From: Candidatus Parcubacteria bacterium
GTDB taxonomy: Bacteria; Patescibacteriota; Patescibacteriia; UBA1558; GWA2-36-10
NCBI GenBank assembly: GCA_018669975.1
Contig: JABHSK010000007.1
Location: forward strand, 390 to 64,389
DNA: 64,000 nucleotides
Reading direction: 5' to 3'
The notes below the pieces were generated by a model. The model did no database searches. It worked only from the letters and a program-made list of their open reading frames with translations, and was not told the origin of the DNA. Positions 39,659 through 48,718 of the stretch are shown here, piece after piece (within the stretch, counting starts at the first letter, position 1; the number at the start of each line of letters is the position of its first letter). Both the position numbers and the translations under genes were made by a program.

Positions 39659-39755
39659 ATTTTCTTAAATTATTACCCCCACAGAGTAGCAAATTTGCCT
39701 ATTTTAGTCAAGGGTATATAAAAAGCCACCGAATTTCTTCGGGGGCTTTAGCGCA

Positions 39756-40562
39756 TCAATCTCCTTGCCAGGAGAAGCGTAGGCGCTGTGTTTTCATGAA
39801 ATAAGAGGACTCTTCCGCAAATAGCAGGGTAACCCGCTGTTTGGAGATAGTGACTGATACTGCCGAGACTCCAGAGAATCCCTGATTATCAGCCATAACC
39901 ATATGCTGCCTTTTGTCATCTTCGATCATGACGATGGTCACTTGGCTACTGCCAGGGAGCATTTGAGGTCGGAAGTTATCCGGAATATAGGGGCAAATTG
40001 GGGTTAGACCCATGCAATCACCAGCTTGGACATCAAGAATGATGCCACCCGCAGAGCGGTTGTAAGCCGTAGATCCGCCAGGAGTACAGATGATGATTCC
40101 GTCGCCAGAATAAAAGTCGTACTTGTGACCAACCATGATATCGTGGCCATCAATCAGGATTTGATGCTTGGCACCTTGTCCGCGGGTATTGATGGTTTTG
40201 GTCCAGATATCATTGAAAGCCAGCACGTCTTGAACTTTACCATCAAAAAAGCTTACAGCAGCTTTGAGTAGAGGAAATTCAGTGTGAACACTTCGTTCCA
40301 CGGCTGCTCGGATATCATTTTCATCATCCGCATGGTCGTTGAGCAGGAAACCCACGGTGCCACGGTTGATGCCGTAGATAGGAATGCCTAGGTGAGCATA
40401 CTCTCTGGCAGCCCAGGACATAGTACCGTCACCACCGACAGCTAGTAATACTTCAGCATCCCCAGGATGCTCAACTACTGTGAACTGACGGCGAAGTTTT
40501 TCGGTGATAGCTCCAGTTAATTCATAGCGAGGTTTATCACCCAGTAGAATAGCAGCTTTCAT
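39756..40562 (-). CDS. nadK: NAD kinase
   Basis: GGDGT and GINRGTVGFL motifs. The start is placed at MKAAILLG. About 52% GC. Confidence 0.8.
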   Translation of the reverse strand: MKAAILLGDKPRYELTGAITEKLRRQFTVVEHPGDAEVLLAVGGDGTMSWAAREYAHLGIPIYGINRGTVGFLLNDHADDENDIRAAVERSVHTEFPLLKAAVSFFDGKVQDVLAFNDIWTKTINTRGQGAKHQILIDGHDIMVGHKYDFYSGDGIIICTPGGSTAYNRSAGGIILDVQAGDCMGLTPICPYIPDNFRPQMLPGSSQVTIVMIEDDKRQHMVMADNQGFSGVSAVSVTISKQRVTLLFAEESSYFMKTQRLRFSWQGD

Positions 40563-40563
40563 T

Positions 40564-41685
40564 TTATCGCCCCTTAATTTTTTCCAGTAGCTTGAAAGCT
40601 CTGGCGAGCATTTTTGACTGCTGGAAAGCAAGTTGCGTTTTGAGTGCTTCTTCGACTGGGATCAGTCGAACATTTTCTAGGTCAGAATCTGACCGCAAGT
40701 GATATTCCAGTGAATCGACGGAACCTTCATAGATGGTCATAAAGACCAGGCTACTGCCACCCTGAGTGCCGGCCATGTCTTGGTTGGGACTACCGAACTT
40801 CCCTACAAAGTGTAGGTGGCTCAGCGTGTTTTTGCCGATAATGATTTGGGTGGGTAGTATATGAGGCTCGCTGACTCGCAGTGGAATACCAGTTTCTTCT
40901 TCAGCTTCGAATAGAGCGGCATTGATGGGACTTTCGTAGTCCTCGATAGCGCCACCGGGTGTAGCTAGAAAACCAGCAAAGTCTCGACTACTGTCACCAC
41001 GGCGGTTACCGAGCACTACGTGCCAGCGGAAACCGTCATTGACAAACATCAGTAGGTCGACGCATTGTCGTCCCAGTTCAAAATCAGTCTCTCTGCCGAG
41101 TACGGCATCGGTGATTCCATAGAAGTCACCAGACTGAGCAATAAACATTTTAGTGCCAGCAGCAGCAAACTCTTCCCAGACAGCGATGTCGTTGTCTCGG
41201 ATGGCTGCCCGTAGTCGGGTGGCACTGATGTCGATTGCTTCGGTGATGATGTCGCGGGAAAAGCATTCCAGCTTACTGGTGATGCCTTCACCGAGAGCTT
41301 CCATAACTCGAGGGTTGTCTGAAGCAATGCCGGTGATTAAATTGAAATGCGGCATGCCAGAAATAAAGGCGCGCCATTTGTCGTCGTCGTGAAAGTCTGG
41401 GATAGGCACGAAGACAAAGTCTTTCTTCGGAATTCCTTCCAATTGTAGTGACAGGGCCAGCATAGCTTGCACCTGGAACACCTGAATTGGATTGTTGCTG
41501 TTGATGGTATAACAGGATCCATTGGCGATGACTAACTTGTTGCCTTTTTCCCAAAGAGTTTTGAGAAAGGCAATATGACCTACGTGGGGCAGCTTGGCGC
41601 GGCCAACCCACAAGGCAATTTTGTCGCCAGCCTTTGACCATTCTTGGATGCAATCGAAACTGGGTAGAACTCGGTTGTCAATCAT
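40564..41685 (-). CDS. Bifunctional NMN adenylyltransferase / Nudix hydrolase (NadM-Nudix type)
   Basis: The N-terminal nucleotidyltransferase motif GRAKLPHVGH is a (T/H)xGH variant. The C-terminal Nudix box is GGAIEDYESPINAALFEAEEETGI. Confidence 0.65.
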   Translation of the reverse strand: MIDNRVLPSFDCIQEWSKAGDKIALWVGRAKLPHVGHIAFLKTLWEKGNKLVIANGSCYTINSNNPIQVFQVQAMLALSLQLEGIPKKDFVFVPIPDFHDDDKWRAFISGMPHFNLITGIASDNPRVMEALGEGITSKLECFSRDIITEAIDISATRLRAAIRDNDIAVWEEFAAAGTKMFIAQSGDFYGITDAVLGRETDFELGRQCVDLLMFVNDGFRWHVVLGNRRGDSSRDFAGFLATPGGAIEDYESPINAALFEAEEETGIPLRVSEPHILPTQIIIGKNTLSHLHFVGKFGSPNQDMAGTQGGSSLVFMTIYEGSVDSLEYHLRSDSDLENVRLIPVEEALKTQLAFQQSKMLARAFKLLEKIKGR

Positions 41686-41957
41686 GTTTACTCCTTCTTA
41701 TTTCAAGGTTTTTTGAGTTTTGAAAGGTTCTAAGCGAAAAGACTAAGAAAATTAACATATTTTTAGCTTTTTGTCAATATTTATAGGTTTTAATGGGTAT
41801 ACCCTTGCTTTTTTGATAATTTTGTGTTAGAGTATTCGTGCTTAGGTTTTCTTAAACCTATTTTTAATTAACACAAGCACTTTAGTTGTTTAGTAAACAA
41901 CCTTCCCCAACTTGGGGCGTTTGCTAACAAAAGTGTGGGTAAGAAAGGAAAAAAACA

Positions 41958-42638
41958 ATGAATTTACCAAGTTTAGAAGACTTGCTAAAGCAGGGTGTTC
42001 ATTTTGGTCATAAGACTTCAAAAAGATATCCTAAAGCAAGTACTTACATTCACACAAAACGCAACGGTATTCACATTATTGATCTACAGAAAACAGTTGA
42101 AGCTTTGGAAAAAGCTTTACCTTTTGTAGAGAAGGTGACTAAAGCCGGGGGCGTTATTTTATTTATTGGTTCTAAGAAACAAGCTAAACAGATTGTTTTG
42201 GATGCAGCTAATAATTGTAGTATGCCATACATCATCGGTCGTTGGTTGGGTGGAACTTTTACCAACTTTGAAAACATAGTCAAATTGACTAGAAAGCTAG
42301 AGAAAATGGAAAAAGACGAAGAAGATGGTGCCTGGGAAATTTATAACAAAAAAGAACAGGTCACTTTTAAAAAAGAAATGGCCAAATTGCAAGAAACAGT
42401 TGGTGGTATCAAAAAGATGAAAAAATTACCACAAGCAGTTTTTGTAGTTGATATCAAAAAGGAAAGAACAGCTGTGAACGAGGCTAGAAAAATGAATATC
42501 CCAGTAATTGCCATGACTGACACTAACGTTAATCCAGAAATGGTAGATTATCCAATTCCTGCTAATGATGATGCTATTAAATCTATAAGTGTTATCACTA
42601 ATTTGATATCAGAAGCAATTGCTGACGCTAGAAAATAA
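41958..42638 (+). CDS. rpsB: 30S ribosomal protein S2
   Basis: LLKQGVHFGHKTSKRYPK... is the S2 N-terminus. Confidence 0.9.
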   Translation: MNLPSLEDLLKQGVHFGHKTSKRYPKASTYIHTKRNGIHIIDLQKTVEALEKALPFVEKVTKAGGVILFIGSKKQAKQIVLDAANNCSMPYIIGRWLGGTFTNFENIVKLTRKLEKMEKDEEDGAWEIYNKKEQVTFKKEMAKLQETVGGIKKMKKLPQAVFVVDIKKERTAVNEARKMNIPVIAMTDTNVNPEMVDYPIPANDDAIKSISVITNLISEAIADARK

Positions 42639-42661
42639 AAATAATTAATAAATTATCTATT

Positions 42662-43435
42662 ATGTCCCTAGAACTTATCAAAGATGTTAGACAGATCACA
42701 GGTGCTGGAATGTCCGATGTAAAAAAAGCCCTAGATGAGGCTGGTGGCGACAAGGACAAGGCTATTGAAATACTAAGAAAAGCCGGTCAGAAGATTGCCG
42801 CTAAAAAATCTGCTAGAGAAATCAAAGAGGGTGTTATTGCCTTAGCTAAAGGTGATGGTAAGATTGCTATCGTTAGTCTTGGTTGTGAAACAGATTTTGT
42901 TGCTCGTAATGAAGACTTTATCAAAACAGTTGATGAGCTAGCTGGTAAACTTTTAGAGCTTGGCAAGGATAAGTTTGAATCATGGGCCACTGAATATATT
43001 CAAAATGAACTGATTGTAAAGATTGGCGAAAATCTACAATTGATTCAATTTGATGTTTTAGAAGGCAATGCTATTGGTACTTATTTGCATTCTAATAAAA
43101 AGATTGCCTCAATTGTAGTTTTATCTGAAGGTAGCGAGGACACTGCTAAGGAAGTTGCTATGCATGCCGCTGCTATGGCACCAAAATATCTTAAGCCAGA
43201 AGAAGTTAACACTGATGAATTAGAAAAAGAGAAAGAAATTTATCGTGAACAGCTTAAGAAAGAAGGTAAGCCAGAAAATATGCTCGACAAGATTCTGGAA
43301 GGAAAAATTCAAAAATATTATACTGAAGTTTGCTTGCTGAAACAGACATTTGTCAAAGATGACAAAAAGACTATTGAACAGTTTATAGAAGAAAATAAAG
43401 CTGTAATTGATACTTTTGGATATTATTCACTATAA
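42662..43435 (+). CDS. tsf: Elongation factor Ts
   Basis: IKDVRQITGAGMSDVKKALDEAGGD is the UBA-like N-terminus of EF-Ts. Downstream of rpsB. Confidence 0.88.
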   Translation: MSLELIKDVRQITGAGMSDVKKALDEAGGDKDKAIEILRKAGQKIAAKKSAREIKEGVIALAKGDGKIAIVSLGCETDFVARNEDFIKTVDELAGKLLELGKDKFESWATEYIQNELIVKIGENLQLIQFDVLEGNAIGTYLHSNKKIASIVVLSEGSEDTAKEVAMHAAAMAPKYLKPEEVNTDELEKEKEIYREQLKKEGKPENMLDKILEGKIQKYYTEVCLLKQTFVKDDKKTIEQFIEENKAVIDTFGYYSL

Positions 43436-43533
43436 AATATTTAAAACGCGCCGCCCATTTGGGCGGCGCGTTTTTTATAAGCTTGCTATTATTAAGCTGA
43501 TTTGGCATAATGGATATAAGTTTACAAAAAAAT

Positions 43534-44262
43534 ATGGCAAAAATAAAATTTAAAAAACGTATAGTTATCAAAACATCCGGTGAAGTAATGGGTGATCCAA
43601 ATTCTGAATCAAATTTGGATTTTGTTAAAATTAAAAAATTGGCGCAAAGTCTAAAAAAATTAACAAGCTCAGGTTATCAGGTGGCTATTGTTGTTGGGGC
43701 AGGTAATATTTTTCGTGGTCGAATGGCCAAAGATGCTCAAATAGAGAGAGTTACTGCTGATCATATGGGAATGATAGCTACTCACATTAATGCTTTGGCG
43801 CTGCAGTCCATGTTGGAAAAGAATGGACAGGAAGCAGTGGTGATGTCACCATTTTATATGCCCAAGGCATTAGTACCATATAATCACCACAAGGCCATTA
43901 AACATCTAGAGTCGGGTAAAATAGTGATTTTGGCTGGCGGTACTGGCAGTCCATACTTTACTACGGATACCAATATGGTGCTTAGAGCCCTAGAAATACA
44001 GGCTGATCACATGTTTAAGGCTACTAATGTAGCTGGGGTCTATGATGCTGATCCAGATAAAAACCCTAAAGCTAAATTGTATAAAGAGTTGACATATTCT
44101 CAGGCTCTTGATAAAAATTTAAAAGTCATGGATACAGCTGCTTTTGCACTGGCTCGTGATAATAATCTAAAATTGACCGTATTTGAGTATAGTCCAGCTA
44201 ATTTAATCAAGGTTGTCAAACAGGATAATATTGGTACTAAAGTTTTTAATGAAAGTCATTAA
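43534..44262 (+). CDS. pyrH: UMP kinase
   Basis: KRIVIKTSGEVM...VVGAGNIFRG... is the amino-acid kinase fold. The start is placed at MAKIKFKKR. Confidence 0.85.
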   Translation: MAKIKFKKRIVIKTSGEVMGDPNSESNLDFVKIKKLAQSLKKLTSSGYQVAIVVGAGNIFRGRMAKDAQIERVTADHMGMIATHINALALQSMLEKNGQEAVVMSPFYMPKALVPYNHHKAIKHLESGKIVILAGGTGSPYFTTDTNMVLRALEIQADHMFKATNVAGVYDADPDKNPKAKLYKELTYSQALDKNLKVMDTAAFALARDNNLKLTVFEYSPANLIKVVKQDNIGTKVFNESH

Positions 44263-45139
44263 AGTACAATTTAATAAAATAGATAAGGAATATTTTTTCT
44301 TGCCCGAGTTTTCTGCTAAGCCCGATGATAACATAAAAATCGGTGATTGGGTTATTGTTGAAACTATTTTAGGTCAGGATTTGGGAATTATCACTGGCTG
44401 GGCTGATTTTCAGTCAAAAGAGACAGAAGTAGGCGGTGGTGATAAGATCGCCGGAATCATACAACAGGATAAAATTTTTGATATTAAGCCGATGTTACGT
44501 AAAGTGACTAAGGATGATTTAGTTAAATATAAAAGCCAAAAAGATAATTACAAAAAATATCTTCTTAAGTGTAAAGATCTTTGTGTTAAACATGAGCTCA
44601 AAGGAATGAAGTTGATTGATGTTTGTGAATCTTTTGATGGTAATCGATTAACTTTTTATTTTATTTCAGACACTAGGGTTGATTTTAGAGAGTTGGTAAA
44701 AGATTTGGTAAAATCTTTCCGTAAGAAGATTCGTTTACAGCAAATTGGTGTGCGTGATGCCGCCAAGGCTTGTGGCGATTTTGGATCCTGTGGTATGCCA
44801 CTCTGTTGTCGATCTTGGTTGAGTGTTATTGGCAATGTTAGTCCAGACTATATCAAGGATCAATCATTGAGTCATCGAGGTGCAGATAGATTAACAGGAG
44901 TTTGTGGTAGATTAAAATGTTGTCTAAGATATGAAGAGGAGGCCTATCGCTATAGTTTAGATAGGCTACCAAAAGTTGGTGATATTATCAAAACGGGTGC
45001 TGGCAACGGAGAGGTTAGGGTAGTACATGCACTCAAGAGTACAGTAAGCCTTAAGATAGGTGATGCCATGGTAGAATATCCTTACTTAGACGGTAAATTA
45101 TGCCAAGGCACGGAAAAAGATTGTAAAAAAAATAAATAA
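44249..45139 (+). CDS. PSP1 C-terminal domain protein (RicT/YaaT-like)
   Basis: ...GCGMPLCCRSWLSVIGNVSPDYIKDQSL...CGRLKCCLRYEEEAY is the PSP1 cysteine pattern. Confidence 0.65.
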   Translation: MKVIKVQFNKIDKEYFFLPEFSAKPDDNIKIGDWVIVETILGQDLGIITGWADFQSKETEVGGGDKIAGIIQQDKIFDIKPMLRKVTKDDLVKYKSQKDNYKKYLLKCKDLCVKHELKGMKLIDVCESFDGNRLTFYFISDTRVDFRELVKDLVKSFRKKIRLQQIGVRDAAKACGDFGSCGMPLCCRSWLSVIGNVSPDYIKDQSLSHRGADRLTGVCGRLKCCLRYEEEAYRYSLDRLPKVGDIIKTGAGNGEVRVVHALKSTVSLKIGDAMVEYPYLDGKLCQGTEKDCKKNK

Positions 45140-45213
45140 TACTTATATAAAATCGATTAGCTACTAATCGGTTTTTTTGTTATAATAATATAGTTAAAAT
45201 TAAATAAAAAAAT

Positions 45214-46224
45214 ATGGCAAAAGGAAAAATAAAAGTAGCTATTAATGGCTTCGGTCGTATTGGTAGAGCAGCTTTCAAAATATTGTTGGATAGTAAAAAA
45301 TATGAAGTAGTCGGTGTCAATGACTTAGCTCCAGCAGAGAGTTTAGCGTATTTACTTAAATACGATACGGTTTATGGTGTTTATCCAAAAAAAGTGATTC
45401 ACAAAGGGCAAGATATTTTTGTAGGCAGCAAGAAGTATCACATTATTGCTGAGCCAGATCCAAAAAAATTACCCTGGAAAAAACTTAAAGTGGACGTAGT
45501 GCTGGAATGTACAGGAAGATTTGTTAAAAATGGAGCAGCGGCAGCACATGTAAAAGCAGGCGCCAAGGCGGTCATTATTTCAGCCCCAGCCAAAGGTGGT
45601 GGTGATGTAGAAACATTTTTATTGGGAGTCAACGAGGAAGGTTATAAAAATCAAAAAGTTGTTTCTAATGCATCTTGTACAACTAATTGTGTTGCACCAG
45701 TGGCTCAGGTTTTGGTGTCCAAGTTTGGAGTAGAGAAGGCGATGATGACTACCATTCATTCATATACTGCTGATCAGGGATTGGTAGATGGACCACACAA
45801 AAAAGATCCACGTCGTGGTCGTAGCGCTGCTCAAAACATAATACCGACTAGCACAGGTGCAGCAGTAGCTACAGCTCAGGTTATTCCCGAGTTAGAGGGC
45901 TTGTTTGATGGTTTAGCAGTTAGAGTGCCAACTGTAGTGTGCTCTTTATCTGATTTTACTTTTGTACTTAAGAAAGACGTCACAGTTAAACAAATAAATA
46001 ATGCCTTAACTACTGCTAGTAAGCAACTGAAATATAAAGGAATTTTAGGTGTAACAACTGATCCAGTAGTTTCTTCAGATTTTATTGGTGATTCCAGGTC
46101 TTCCATAGTAGACTTGTCTTTAACAAAGGTGGTTGGAGGTAATATGGTTAAGATTATTGCTTGGTATGATAATGAATGGGGTTATTCAAATAGACTGGTA
46201 GAAATGATTGATCAAATGAAATAA
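45214..46224 (+). CDS. gap: Glyceraldehyde-3-phosphate dehydrogenase (type I)
   Basis: KVAINGFGRIGR and the SCTTNC active site. Confidence 0.9.
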   Translation: MAKGKIKVAINGFGRIGRAAFKILLDSKKYEVVGVNDLAPAESLAYLLKYDTVYGVYPKKVIHKGQDIFVGSKKYHIIAEPDPKKLPWKKLKVDVVLECTGRFVKNGAAAAHVKAGAKAVIISAPAKGGGDVETFLLGVNEEGYKNQKVVSNASCTTNCVAPVAQVLVSKFGVEKAMMTTIHSYTADQGLVDGPHKKDPRRGRSAAQNIIPTSTGAAVATAQVIPELEGLFDGLAVRVPTVVCSLSDFTFVLKKDVTVKQINNALTTASKQLKYKGILGVTTDPVVSSDFIGDSRSSIVDLSLTKVVGGNMVKIIAWYDNEWGYSNRLVEMIDQMK

Positions 46225-46315
46225 TTATATACTTTTATAAAAACCCTGTCTTTGGCGGGGTTTTTTGTATAGACAAAATATGTTTTTGTGCTAAACTAAA
46301 TTTACAGTCTATTTT

Positions 46316-47698
46316 ATGAAAATTGAGTTATACAATAGTTTAAGTAAGAAAAAGGAAGAGTTTGTACCCATTCAAAAGAATAAGGTGGGTATGTATACTT
46401 GTGGTCCAACAGTTTATGACTATCCGCACATTGGTAATTTGCTAGCTTATACTATCTGGGATGTATTGAAGAAATTTTTGTTATCCCAAGGTTATAAGGT
46501 GACTCATATTATGAATTTTACTGATGTTGGTCATTTAACTAGTGATGCTGATGAAGGAGAGGATAAACTAGAGAAAGCAGGGAGGAGCACTGGTCGTTCA
46601 GCTTGGGAGATTGCAGAGTTTTTTATTAAAGTTTTTAAAAATAATCTTTACCAACTTAATATTGCAGAACCAACGAAATTTTTGCGAGCTACCGATACTG
46701 TTGAAGAGCAAATTGCTTTTACAAAGATTTTGTGGGACAAGGGATTTTTATATAAGACCAAGGATGGTCTTTATTTTGATACTTCAAAAATAGACAACTA
46801 CGGCAAGTTAGCCAATTTAGATAAAGTAGAGCAACAAGAAGGAGCTAGGGTAACTAAAAACCCAGAAAAGAAAAATTTAACTGATTTTGCAGTTTGGAAA
46901 TATTCTCCAGAAGACAAGAAGCGTGACATGGAGTGGGACTCTCCCTGGGGCTTGGGTTTCCCGGGTTGGCATTTAGAGTGTTCCGTTATGAGTCAAATGA
47001 CTTTAGGAGATACTTTTGATATACACACTGGTGGTATGGATTTAATGACAGTGCATCATCCAAACGAGATGGCAGGTTCAGAGGCAGTTACTGGTAAACA
47101 GCAGGCAAATTATTGGATGCATAATGCCTATGTAAAATTGGATGGTGGTAAAATGTCCAAATCTAAAGGTACCTATGTAAAATTGGAAGATATTAAAGAA
47201 AAAGGATTTTCTACCAAAGCTTTTAGATTGTTGGTTTTGCAAAATCATTATCGTAAGTCACTTAATTTTTCTTGGCAATCTATTGAGGCGGCCAACAAGG
47301 CTTTGCATAATATAGTCAGAGAAATTTCATTTTATGAAAAGCCCAAGGGAAATTGTGATAAGTTTTCTGACGAATTCTATAGCGCTTTAGCCGATGATCT
47401 TAACACCGCTAAAGCATTGGCAGTTATTCAAAAGATATTGGATGCAGATTGTTCTGATAGCGCCAAACTTAATACTATATTTAAAATAGATGAAATCTTG
47501 GGACTAGATCTAGAGAGCTTGCGTGATAGAGCATTAGAATTATCAAGTGAAATAAAAATTATTTTAGATAAAAGAGTTGAGGCTAGAAAGGCGAAAGATT
47601 GGAAGGAGTCCGATCGTTTACGTGATAAATTAACAGCCCTAGGTGTAGAGGTTCAAGATACGTCAGAAGGGCAGAGGGCAGTACAAGTAAAATTATAA
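46316..47698 (+). CDS. cysS: Cysteinyl-tRNA synthetase
   Basis: HIGN (HIGH) and KMSKS motifs. YTCGPTVYDYPHIGN. Confidence 0.9.
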   Translation: MKIELYNSLSKKKEEFVPIQKNKVGMYTCGPTVYDYPHIGNLLAYTIWDVLKKFLLSQGYKVTHIMNFTDVGHLTSDADEGEDKLEKAGRSTGRSAWEIAEFFIKVFKNNLYQLNIAEPTKFLRATDTVEEQIAFTKILWDKGFLYKTKDGLYFDTSKIDNYGKLANLDKVEQQEGARVTKNPEKKNLTDFAVWKYSPEDKKRDMEWDSPWGLGFPGWHLECSVMSQMTLGDTFDIHTGGMDLMTVHHPNEMAGSEAVTGKQQANYWMHNAYVKLDGGKMSKSKGTYVKLEDIKEKGFSTKAFRLLVLQNHYRKSLNFSWQSIEAANKALHNIVREISFYEKPKGNCDKFSDEFYSALADDLNTAKALAVIQKILDADCSDSAKLNTIFKIDEILGLDLESLRDRALELSSEIKIILDKRVEARKAKDWKESDRLRDKLTALGVEVQDTSEGQRAVQVKL

Positions 47699-47854
47699 AA
47701 TATAAATAAAAGGCTCGTCTAAAAGGCGAGTTTTTTAATATTGACGAATTTTTTGTTTCATTATAAGATAATTTTTGCGCATATGTTGTGCATTGTGGTT
47801 TATCCCACATAAGACAGGTAGAAAATAATTACCATCAAGCTTAAGGAGGAAATT

Positions 47855-48145
47855 ATGACTATCGGCAAGGTGACTCATGTTTTTACGAACAAGCGCTGCG
47901 TAGCTATTCGTATCAAAGAGGGTCAGCTAAATCAGGGCGATTTATTGAAGTTCACCAAAGGGGACGCAAGTACTGGTATGCCCGGTGTACACGACAGTCT
48001 GCATAAGGCTGGTTCGATTGAGATTGACAACGAGTCAGTTGTATCAGTTGAGGTCGGACAGGAGTGTGCGGTGCATATTGGCAGCGGTGAGTTGCCACCT
48101 AACAACTGTGACGTTATGGTGGTGATGATTCCGGAGCGCTGTTGA
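47855..48145 (+). CDS. Hypothetical small protein (GC-rich, beta-barrel-like)
   Basis: A strong RBS aaggagg and an upstream promoter. No motif recognised. Confidence 0.4.
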   Translation: MTIGKVTHVFTNKRCVAIRIKEGQLNQGDLLKFTKGDASTGMPGVHDSLHKAGSIEIDNESVVSVEVGQECAVHIGSGELPPNNCDVMVVMIPERC

Positions 48146-48192
48146 CAAGTTTTAATATCTGTCATAAGATGCTCTTTGTGTGAATTTTAAAT

Positions 48193-48293
48193 GGGCAGGT
48201 AGTTTAACTTATTCCCAGGGCCCGGGAAGACCAAGTTAAAGCACCGACTGACCAGGTCGGAGATTGGGAGTTCGAATCTCTCTCTGCCCACCA
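48193..48293 (+). tRNA. tRNA-like gene (101 nt) with a ~25-nt extension of the D region; identity unclear
   Basis: Acceptor gggcagg/tctgccc-a-CCA, T-arm gggag-ttcgaat-ctctc and anticodon-like arm ccgac-tgaccag-gtcgg (G at position 33). The D region is a 41-nt extended hairpin (tttaactt...aagttaaa). Confidence 0.4.
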
Positions 48294-48306
48294 TTTTTCC
48301 CAGGCA

Positions 48307-48381
48307 AGGGGTGTAGCTCAGCAGGATAGAGCGTCTCGTTTCGGCGAGAGGTCGAAGGTTCGATTCCTTCCACCCCTGCCA
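48307..48381 (+). tRNA. tRNA-Arg (anticodon most likely UCG)
   Basis: Acceptor aggggtg/cacccct-g-CCA, D-arm gctcagcaggatagagc and T-arm gaagg-ttcgatt-ccttc. As read, the anticodon stem tctcg/cgaga encloses a 6-nt loop tttcgg. Confidence 0.6.
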
Positions 48382-48412
48382 ATAGTTCTTTATTATATTC
48401 ATCTCAGATGGA

Positions 48413-48487
48413 GTCCACGTACCTCAGGGGTAGAGGGCTTGTGTGTTAAGCAAGTTGTCACTGGTTCAAATCCAGTCGTGGACTCCA
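48413..48487 (+). tRNA. tRNA-Asn (GTT)
   Basis: Acceptor gtccacg/cgtggac-t-CCA, anticodon stem cttgt/gcaag with loop gtGTTaa, and T-arm actgg-ttcaaat-ccagt. Confidence 0.8.
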
Positions 48488-48493
48488 TAAGGA

Positions 48494-48597
48494 GCGGGCA
48501 TAGCTCAGCTGGCAGAGCATCTTTGGGACTTGGTAGTACCGCAGGGTAACTACCACGAAAAAGACGGTCGGGAGTTCGAGTCTCTCTGCCCGCTCCA
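48494..48597 (+). tRNA. tRNA-like gene (104 nt) with a ~28-nt insertion in the anticodon loop; identity unclear
   Basis: Canonical acceptor gcgggca/tgcccgc-t-CCA, D-arm gctcagctggcagagc and T-arm gggag-ttcgagt-ctctc. The anticodon stem tcttt/aaaga encloses 35 nt, including the hairpin tggtagt..actacca. Confidence 0.4.
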
Positions 48598-48718
48598 CTT
48601 ATTACCCCGTCGACATTGTTCGGCGGGTCTTCTTTTTAGTAATATTGACATAAAAGATCTTTTGTATTATGGTATAGTATGTTTTATGGTAATGTAAATT
48701 ATTTTTTTAGATATTTAT

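Noticed and set aside
48193-48293. tRNA-Sec (selC) interpretation of the long tRNA-like gene
   Set aside because: There is no UCA anticodon, the acceptor stem does not form an 8-bp stem, and no selA/selB/selD context is present.
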